The translations under genes were made by a program, and so were the position numbers. This document shows positions 54,809-64,000 of a stretch of DNA of 64,000 nucleotides, piece after piece (the first letter of the stretch is position 1; the number at the start of each line of letters is the position of its first letter). Origin of the DNA: the human T2T-CHM13v2.0 reference genome, Homo sapiens; the NCBI RefSeq assembly GCF_009914755.1, contig NC_060932.1; one strand, 5' to 3'. The notes under the pieces are model-generated. The model did not search any database, had not been told where the DNA came from, and saw only the letters and a list, made by a program, of their open reading frames with translations.

Positions 54809-55119
54809 GGCCAGGCACGGTGGCTCATGCCTGTAATCCCAGTACTTTGGGAGGCCAAGGCAGGTGGAAGCGTTGAGCCCAGGAGTTGGAGATGAACCTG
54901 GGCATCATGGTGAAACCCCATCTCTAAAAGAAACACAAAAATTAGCCAAGTGTGGCGTTGGACGCCTGTAGTCCTAGCTATTCAGGAGGCTGAAGCGGGA
55001 GGAACTCTCGACCCCGGGAGGTGGAGGCCGTGGTGAGTGAGCCGTGTTTGTGTCACTGTACTCCAGCCTGGGTGACAGACTGAGACCCTGTCTCAAAAAA
55101 TAAATAATTACATAATAAA
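54809..55119 (+). mobile_element. Alu (AluJ-like), unit 5
   Basis: Copy of 6036-6346. Confidence 0.9.
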
Positions 55120-56528
55120 GATTTAAAAAGCAAGCACAAAAAGACAAATACTGCATGATCTCACTTATATGTGCAATCTCAAACAATGCAACTCATAGCT
55201 GTAGAGAGCAGAACGGTGGTTACCCGAGGCAGGGGTCAGGGAGGGACTGGAGAGATGATAGTCTCATGATACAAAATTTCAGAGAGGAATGGTTCTAGAG
55301 ATCTATTGAACAGCCTGGCATCTACAGTGTATAAGTATGTATTGTATACTTGAAAATTGCTATAAGAGTAGATTTTAGACATGTCCTCATCACATTAAAA
55401 TCAGTATGTGAGGAAACGAGTGTGTTAATTAGCTTGATTTTGTCATTCCACAATGTATACACGTATGAAACATCATGTTGTATGCCATAAATATATATAA
55501 TTTTTATTTGTCAAGTTAAAATTAAAATTCATATAAATTATAAAAATAAAATGAAATAACATACACTACAAAAGACGTTTATTTATTAAATCCCCACAGA
55601 AGGGGTCTAAGTGATAAAGGAAAATAAAATTCCGGGAACGGTAAAATCAATCAGAAATGCCCTACTTCAGTGCTTTCCGAAATTTGTCTGACAGAGTGGA
55701 AATCCAGTTTTTCACTAAGTCACTGTTCTGGAACAGTTTGTGTGTGTGTATGTATGTGTGTGAGGGCTCACATACACAAATTGAACTAATGGAAGTGTAA
55801 GCATTCAAATTATCAGTTTAATTTAGTTCTATACATATACACACACACACACTCACACACCGAAAACATTGATAAAATCAGCCATTCCAGCAAAACTAGC
55901 TACTTAGTGTCTATCTCTCCTTGAAGATTCAAACTAGAAATGAGGATTTAGAGAGGCATGATGGTTCGTTCTCTCTTGGAGCCCAGTTCGAAGTTGACTG
56001 ACTGATTCAGTCATTGTAATTGGTTGGTCTTGGGGAAGAATCCACTTTGACTCTTGGGAAGTCAGCTAGGTCAGCGGACAGAGCAGGGGCTCTGGAGCCA
56101 GACTGCCTGCACCCGACTTCTAGCTATGATACCTTGGATAAACTACTTATCACCTGGGCTTCAGGTTCCTCATCTGTAAAATGGGGATAAGAATGCTATC
56201 TCTCTCACAACTATTAGGAGGACTGACTGGGTTAATACGTGCAAAGTACCGAGTACATAAGAAACCAACAGCCAGTGCTCATTACAATCATTATTATTTT
56301 GGGCAAGTTAAGCCGCATGGTTTCTTTAGGTATAAAATTAGGCTTTATTTACCTACCTGTTGGGTTGTTCCAAGGATTAATCACATAGTGTTCATGAATT
56401 CCCTTTATAAACTATTATAGAAAAGAAATATAGTTAACATTAATTGAACACCTACTATGCGCGATCGTTTTAAGGCTTGCCATGTGCTGCTTCATTCAGT
56501 CCGCACCATGACATTAGGATCACACTTT

Positions 56529-59500
56529 CGTTTTCCATTTTTTTTTAAATTATACTTTAATTACTAGGGTACATGTGCACAACGTGCAGGTTTATTACGT
56601 ATGTAAGCACGTGCCATGTTGGTGTGCTGCACCCATTCACTAGTCATTTACATTAGGTATATCTCTTAATGTTATCCCTCCCCCTCCCCCCGCCCATGAC
56701 AGGCCCCGGTGTGTGATGTTCCCCTTTCTGCGTCCAAGTGTTCTCCTAGTTCAATTCCCACCTATGAGTGGGATCACGCGGTGTTTGGTTTTTTTGTCCT
56801 TGCGATAGTTTGCTAAGAATGATGGTTTCCAGCTTCATCCGTGTCCCTCCGAAGGGCATGAACACATGCTTTTTTATGGCTGCATAGTATTCCACGGTGT
56901 ATTTGTGCCACGTTTCCTTAATCCAGTCTATCATTGATGGACATCTGGGCTGGTTCCAAGTCTTTGCTACTGTGAACGGTGCCGCAATAAACATACGTCT
57001 GCGTGTGTCCTTTTAGCAGCATGATTTATAGTCCTATGGGTGTATACCCAGTAATGGGACGGCTGGGTCAAATGGTATTTCTAATTCTAGATCCTTGAGG
57101 ATTCGCCACACTATCTTCCACAACCGCTGAACTGGTTTACAGTCCCACCAGCAGTGTAAAAGTGTCCCTATTACTCCACTACCTCTCCAGCACCTGTTGT
57201 TTCCTGACTTTTTTATTGATCGCTATTGTAACTGGTGTGAGACGATATCTCTTTGCGGATTTGATTTGCATTTCTCTGATGACCAGTGTTGATGAGCATT
57301 TTTTCATGTGTCTGTTGGCTGCATAAATGTCTTCTTTTTAGAAGTGTCTCTTCATATCCTTCCCGCACTTGTTGATGGGGTTGTTTGGTTTTTCTTGTAA
57401 CTCTGTTTGAGTTCTTAGTAGATTCTGGATATTAGCCCTTTGTCAGATGAGTAGATTGCAAAAATTTTCTCCCTTTCTGTAGCATGCCTGTTCACTCTGA
57501 TGGGAGTTTCTTTAGCTGTGCAGAAACTCTTTAGTGTAATTAGATGCCGTTTGTCAATATTGGCTTTTGTTGCCTTTGCTTTTGGCGTTTTAGACATGAG
57601 GTCCTTGCCCATGCCTATGTCCTGAATGGTATTGCCTAGGTTTTCTCCTAGGGTTTGTATGGCTTAAGATGTAACATTTAAGTCTTTCATCCGTCTTGAA
57701 TAAACTTTTGTATAAGGTGTAAGGAAGGGATCCAATTTCACCTTCGGACATATGGCTAGCCAGTTTTCCCAGCACCATTTATTAAATAGGGAATCCTTTC
57801 CCCATTTCTTGTTTTTGTCAGGTTTGTCAAAGATCCGACGGTTGTAGATGTGTCGTATTATTTCTGAGGGCTCTATTCTGTTCCATTGGTCTACAGTAAC
57901 CAAAAAAAGGCAACCAACAGCATGCTGTTTGGTTACTGTAGGCTTGTAGTGTAGTTTGAAGTCGGGTAGCTTGATGCCTCCACCTTTGTTCTTTTGGCTT
58001 AGGATTATCTTGGCAGTGGGGGCCCTTTTGTGGTTCCATGTAAACTTTCAAGTAGTTTTTTCCAATTCTGTGAAGAAAGTCCTTGGTAGCTTGATGGGGA
58101 TGGCATTGGATCTATAATATACCTTGGGCAGTGTGGCCATTTTCACGATACTGATTCTTCCTAACCGTGAGCATGGAATATTCTTCCATTGGTTTGTGTC
58201 CTCTTTTATTTCGTGGAGCAGTGATTTGTAGTTCTCCTTGAAGAGGTCCTTCGCACATCGCATCCCTTGTTAGTTGGATTCCTCAGAATTTTATTCTCTT
58301 TGAAGCAATTGTGAATGGGAGCTCAGTCATGATTTGGCTCTCTGTTTGCCTGTTATTGGTGTATGAGAATGCTTGTGTGTTTTGCACATCGATTTTGTAT
58401 CCTGAGACTTTGCTGAAGTTGCTTATCAGCTTAAGGAGATTTTGGGCTGAGACGATGGGGTTTTCTAAATATTCAATCATGTCATCTACAAACAGGGACA
58501 ATTTGACTTCCTCTTTTCCTAATTGATTACTCTTTATTTCTTTCTCCTGCCTGATTGCCCTGGCCAGAAGTTCCAACACTATGTTGAATACGAGTGGTGA
58601 GAGAGGGCACCCCTGTCTTGTGGCAGTTTGCAAAGGGAATGCTTCCACTTTTTGCCCATTCAGTATGATATTGGCTGTGGGTTTGCCCTAAATAGCCCTT
58701 ATTATTTTGAGGTATGTCCCATCAGTACCTAATTTATTGAGAGTTTTTGGCATGAAAGGCTGTTGGATTTTGTCAAAGGCCTTTTCTGCATCTGTTGAGA
58801 TAATCACGCGGTTTCTGTCTTTGGTTCCGATTATATGCTGGATTATGTTTATTGATTTGCATATGTTGGACCAGCCTTGCATGTCAGGGATGAAGCCCAC
58901 TTGATCATAATGGATAAGCTCTTTGATGTGCTGCTGGATTCGGTTTGCCAGCATTTTATGGAGGATTTTTCCATCGGTGTTCCTCAGGGATATGGGCCGA
59001 AAATTCTCTTTGTTGGTTGTGTCTCTCTCAGCCTTTGGGATCAGGATGATGCTGGCCTCATAAAATGAGATAGGGAGGATTCCCTCTTTTTCTGTTGATT
59101 GGAATAGTTTCCGAAGGAATGGTACCAGCTCCTCCTTGTACTTCTGGTAGAATTCGGCTGTGAATCCGTCTGGTCCTGGAGTTTTATTGCTTGATAGGCT
59201 ATTAATTATTGCCTCAATTTCAGAGCCTGTTATTGGTCTATTCAGGCATTCAACTTCTTCCTGGTTTACTCTGGGGAGGTTGCATGTGTCCAGGAATTTA
59301 TTCATTTCTTCTAGATTTCCGAGTTTGTTTGCCTAGAGGTGTTGACAGTATTCTCTCATGGTAGTTTGTACTTCTGTGGGATCAGTGGTGATATCCCCTT
59401 TATCATTTTTTATTGCATCTGCTTGATTCTTCTTCCTTTCATTCTTTAATAGTCTTGCTAGTGGTCTATCAATTTTGTTGATGGTTTCAAAAAACCCGCT

Positions 59501-60202
59501 CCTGGATTCATTGATTTTTTGAAGGGATTTTTGGGTCTCTATCTCCTTCAGTTCTGCTCGGATCTTAGTTATTTCTTGCCTTCTGCTAGCTTTTGAATGT
59601 GTTTGCTCTTGCTTCTCTCATCCTTTTAATGGTGATGTTAGGGTATGCATTTTTGATCTTTCCTGCTTTCCCTTGTGGGCATTTAGTGCTATAAATTTCC
59701 CTCTACACACTGCTTTAAATGTGTCCCAGAGATTCTGGTATGTTGTGTCTTTGTTCTCATTGCTTTCAGAGAATATCTTTATTTCTGCCTTCATTTCGTT
59801 ATGTACCCAGTACTCATTCAGGAGCAGCTTGTCCGGTTTCCATGCAGTTGTGCGGTTTTGAGTGAGTTTCTCAATCCTGAGGTCTAGTGTGATTGCAATG
59901 TGGTCTGAGAGACCGTTTGTAATAATTTCTGTTATTTTACTTTTACTGAGGAGTGCTTTACTTCCAACTATGTGGTCAATGTGGAAATAAGTGTGATGTG
60001 GTGCTGAGAAGAATGTATATTCTGTTGATTTGGGGTGGAGCGTTCTGTACATGTCTCCTAGGTCCGCTTGGTGCAGAGCTGAGCTCAATTCCCGGATATC
60101 CTTTTTTAACTTTCTGTCTCGTTGGTGTGTCTAATGTTGACAGTGGGGTGTTAAGTTTGCCATTATTATTATTATTACTATGTGGGAGTCTAAGTCTCTT
60201 TT
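56529..60202 (-). mobile_element. 5'-truncated L1PA, unit 5
   Basis: Copy of 7756-11429 with the same TSD. Confidence 0.95.
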
Positions 60203-60766
60203 GATCACACTTTAAAGACCAAAAGGTAGAAGCGCAAAGACGTTATCTGTCCAATATTACAAACCTAGTAAGTGGTGGAATTTGGCCTTGAACCCAGATC
60301 TGTAACTCCAGAGCCGAAGTGCTTCACCCACCTCCCTGTGGTGCCTCTACAGAAAAAGAGGTAAGCAGGCATTCCGAAAGCTGGTGGGCCGGGGGGCTGG
60401 CCTTGTACTCAGAAGCCATGGAAGTCCCACGTGGGGTGGCTAGTGGTGTAAGGACAGAGGTCTCGGATGGGCAGAGGGATGTGGACAGGCGCGAGGGCGC
60501 GCGGCAGGGACTCGGGGGACTGGGAGTGGCGGCTCGGGGCTGCGGGAGGCGATTGGTGGAAGGACAGAGGTCTGGGAGGGGCAGAGGGATGTGGACAGGC
60601 CCGAGGGGCCGCGGCAGGGATTCCGGGGGACCGGGAGTGGGGGGTTGGGGTTACTCTTGGCTTTTTGCCCTCTCCTGCCGCCGGCTGCTCCAGTTTCTTT
60701 CGCTTTGCGGCGAGGTGGGCAGGGTGAGCTCTCGGGACTGATGGCGGTTTTGGAAGAGGCCTGGGG

Positions 60767-62794
60767 CTAAGGACAGGCCAGGGCGGCGGGAGAGGCGGAC
60801 CGGTGGCGTGGCTGGATCTGGGCGCGCTGTCGGACCTTCCACATCACCAGCTGCAGGCAGGCGTTTGCGTCCTCGCTGGAGTTGTGGCCGTCCTGGCTGT
60901 CCTGGATGATCTGTGCCAGGTAGTCGGCCGCGAGATTCCTGAGGGAGCGCTTGTAGGGGAAACCCAGGTAGTGCGGGAAGAGCACGGCCGTGTCCACCAC
61001 GGTGCTGTGGATGAGCTTCAGGGCCAGCAGGTCGCTCTCCAGGCTGTGCCCGATGAGGATGGTTTGGGCGCTGAAAAAGCTCAGCAGGATGGCTTGGACT
61101 TGGGGCAACGTGATGCTCGTCTTGGCGACGTCGGCCTCGGTGACTCCGGAAAACCTGGTGTTGTAGTCCACGATCTCGTTGTCGGGCTTGACGAAGGTGT
61201 CGTACACCACTCGCATGTCGGCGTCCACCACGGTGACGCGGGTCAGCTCTAGGCCATGCGTGGTGTAGCACATCTCACAGTCCAAGGCGTAGATTCCTGG
61301 ATAAGCGTCTCTGGACAACTCTTTCTTGAAGGTCTCCACGAAGCCATCGAGGCTCTCCTTGCGGCCGTCCCGCACGTGCTGCTTTGCCACCTGGCAGCCC
61401 ACAGAGCCAGGAGCAGCTGCACAGCAGGTGTACTGGCTAACCCGGCCTCCAGCCACCTGGCTCGAGCAGACCCGCCCCCAGTGATAATAACACAACTGGT
61501 CGCGTACACAGCGGCCCGAGGAGGACACCAGGTACTCGGTGCCACAACGGCAGCAGACCCTGCAGGAGGAGTCGCCGGGCCCCTTCCCCTGGCCAGTGAA
61601 GAGGACGGCGCCTCCGGGCCGCTCGGGGTGCGGGAAGGGGTAGCCGTTCTCCTTGAGCTGGTCCTGGGTGAGCAGGAACTCCTGGAGGCGGCTGTACAGG
61701 GCGGCCCTGCTGAGGCCGGGCATGGAGCTGGGGGTCAGGCCCTTCAGTCTCTTGAGGGTGTTCAGGACCACGTTCAGGTACCTGTTCTTGTTGGGGCTGC
61801 AGTCGTAGGCCACCTTCTCCTCGTTCAGCGCCTTCTCCTCGGCCTCCTGCTTGGAGGCGCAGAACTTGAGACACTCTTCGGTGAACAGTTGGAGATAGCC
61901 TCGGCGGAGGACGGTGGGGACTTGGCACCCAGAGCTTCGGAGGATAATGGGTTTCTTCAAACTCAAACTCGGTAAGGATGCACGACGGACGATTCGCTTA
62001 GAGCTGGTGGTGGCGGTGGTCTTGCATGCCATCCCTGACCTGTTGCGCGTCTTCCCTGGCTGTCTGCCGACCTTGGAGCCACGGGAGCGTTGGCTGCTGC
62101 TGGCCACCCGGGTTCTCTTGGCATCTGTGTAACCTGTGACCAAGCAAGGGCTGGAAGAGTGGGCGATCGTCTTCCTCTTCCTGGGGGCTGAGATGCGGAC
62201 TCCCGAGGGCCTCTCTGTCAGCCTTGGGGCGGCTGGCAAGCGGCAGGCCGATCCCCTCTGCGCAGGGAAGTAGCACGACTCCGTCACCCTCTTGGGCCAC
62301 GCTGGGGGCACCGCCGGACCCCTGTTCTGGGGCTCCGCCTGGATGTCCACAAATGCTGAGGCCTGCTTGTGCATCTGGGGCACCCAGAGCCCGAAGCTCT
62401 GGGCAGGCTGATGAGAGGGCAGTGGGAATTCTGGAGCCTCGAGGGCCGCCTCCTCGGCCACCTTCTTAGCTTCTGGGTATCCAGGTGGGAACCAGCAGGG
62501 AGCTGTGGCTCGCAACATCTTGCTGCCTTCGGGAGCACCGGCCGGGCTCTGCTCCGCTCCCAAATGGCGGCTTGCCTCCGGGGCCGCCTCCTTGGCCACC
62601 TTCTTAGCTTCTGGGTATCCAGGGCGGAACCAGCAGGGAGCTGTGGCTCGCAACATCTTGCTGCCTTCGGGAGCACCGGCCTGGCTCTGCTCCCCTCCCA
62701 AATGGCGGCTTGCCTCCAGGGCCGCCTCCTCGGCCACCTTCTTAGCTTCTGGGTATCCAGGGGGGAACCAGCAGGGAGCTGTGGCTCGCAACAT
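60767..62794 (-). CDS. REXO1L1: REXO1-like exonuclease GOR, 675 aa, copy 6 (R443C and M169R)
   Basis: Intact ORF; variants at 61468 and 62289. Confidence 0.9.
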   Translation of the reverse strand: MLRATAPCWFPPGYPEAKKVAEEAALEASRHLGGEQSQAGAPEGSKMLRATAPCWFRPGYPEAKKVAKEAAPEASRHLGAEQSPAGAPEGSKMLRATAPCWFPPGYPEAKKVAEEAALEAPEFPLPSHQPAQSFGLWVPQMHKQASAFVDIQAEPQNRGPAVPPAWPKRVTESCYFPAQRGSACRLPAAPRLTERPSGVRISAPRKRKTIAHSSSPCLVTGYTDAKRTRVASSSQRSRGSKVGRQPGKTRNRSGMACKTTATTSSKRIVRRASLPSLSLKKPIILRSSGCQVPTVLRRGYLQLFTEECLKFCASKQEAEEKALNEEKVAYDCSPNKNRYLNVVLNTLKRLKGLTPSSMPGLSRAALYSRLQEFLLTQDQLKENGYPFPHPERPGGAVLFTGQGKGPGDSSCRVCCRCGTEYLVSSSGRCVRDQLCYYHWGRVCSSQVAGGRVSQYTCCAAAPGSVGCQVAKQHVRDGRKESLDGFVETFKKELSRDAYPGIYALDCEMCYTTHGLELTRVTVVDADMRVVYDTFVKPDNEIVDYNTRFSGVTEADVAKTSITLPQVQAILLSFFSAQTILIGHSLESDLLALKLIHSTVVDTAVLFPHYLGFPYKRSLRNLAADYLAQIIQDSQDGHNSSEDANACLQLVMWKVRQRAQIQPRHRSASPAALACP

Positions 62795-63332
62795 CTTGCT
62801 GCCTTCGGGAGCACCGGCCTGGCTCTGCTCCTCTCCCAACTGGCGGCTTCAATGAGTGCTGCGGCCGCCACTTGTCGCCTTTATATAGGCACAGGGCAGA
62901 CTGGGTGGGACTTCTCCTTGATAGGTTGGTGCTTCAGTCCAATCACACTGAGCCTCATCTTCCACCAGACTCCAGCTTGGGAATGCCTCAGGGGGTGCGC
63001 TAATGGAATCAACTGGAACTCCCGGTTGCTAAACTTGGAGCTAGGTTGCTTTTCCTGAGTTAAGTAACTGTCCCTGCAGGGCAGTCCTATAATGGCTACT
63101 GGAATTGGGCTACCTAGGATTAAATTAAGGTTCAGGGAGGTTGGTCAACTTGCTTGGGCCCACACAGCACCCCTTGGAGCCAGGACTGGGCCAGCAGTCG
63201 GCTGCATGCTGGAGGGCGGGATCCCTCTGGGGCTGCCTTTCCCTGCTCTGTGCACTCCGCCGCTGCGGGCAAATTGAGGACAGGAAGCGGACCGCACCCA
63301 CTTCTCTCCCAGGACTTGGGCAATGTTCAACA

Positions 63333-64000
63333 CAGGTGGTCTTCCAAAGGTTCATAGAAAATGCACATGGTGAAGAAACTATGCATGGATTTCCACTGGT
63401 TTGCACTAAAATAAACTTGTCCTAACTTCTGAAAACCTTTCTGAACTAGATCTAGTTTGAGGCACTAAGAAGGATGAGACATCCACTGAAAAGGACTCCC
63501 ATCAGAGCAACATGAATTCCACGAAAATTGCAGCAAGAGGAAACATCAAATTTATGGTGAAGCTTGGGTGGAAGATTGAAGAAATCATTGACGTTTTAAG
63601 AAAAGCTTGTAAGGACACTACCCCAAAGAAATGAACTCTTTACGAATGTATAGCTTGTTTCAAGAAGAGGTGAGAAGATGTGGAAGATGAATCCTTCAGT
63701 GGCTGTGAAAACCACTGTGCCCAGATCAGCTGCAGTTACGACGAGAGCTATCAGTGGAAATTTTAAACAGGAGGGATCACCATCCTGACGCATCCCTCTG
63801 ACAAATTGTAAGCGGCAGTTGGAACATGGCTTCACCAATATGATCTCCATGGCAAAGCATCATGAAAGCGATGGCTACCAAGAGGTGGCAGTGGTCCAGT
63901 CAAAGGAAAAGGAGGCCAGTCAGGAGCCCACATCATGGCATCAGTGTTTTGGGACACTCAAGGCATTTTGCTTGTTGACTTTCTGAAAGGCCAAACATCT
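63333..64000 (+). mobile_element. Hsmar2 fragment, unit 6 (cut by window end)
   Basis: Copy of 2368-3035. Confidence 0.85.

Overview
Primate, most likely human, genomic DNA lying entirely inside a head-to-tail macrosatellite of ~12.19-kb units (periods 12192/12193/12194/12194/12192 bp; about 5.25 units visible). I recognise it as the REXO1L1/GOR array, known from human 8q21.2. Each unit carries an intronless minus-strand REXO1-derived retrogene. Its true ATG ORF is 675 aa: a triplicated 46-aa N-terminal repeat, a helical domain, a Cys/His cluster and a DEDDh exonuclease with all catalytic residues intact. A TATA/CCAAT promoter lies upstream. The spacer holds a 5' Hsmar2 mariner fragment, two Alus, an old L1 3' end, MIR fragments and a ~3.7-kb 5'-truncated L1PA with an 11-bp TSD. 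Most interesting: (i) the reading frame stays open for 108 codons past the TAG and encodes the GOR epitope; (ii) unit variants form an A-B-C-C-A-B higher-order pattern (~48.8 kb) with conversion patches; (iii) the CDS is more homogeneous between copies than the spacer; (iv) a DUX4-consensus site sits in every promoter; (v) the protein has a possible TFIIS-central-like, Pol II-binding helical bundle; (vi) the L1 shows a fold-back palindrome scar and CpG gain. All comparisons were made by eye and from memory of consensus sequences; repeat boundaries are approximate.
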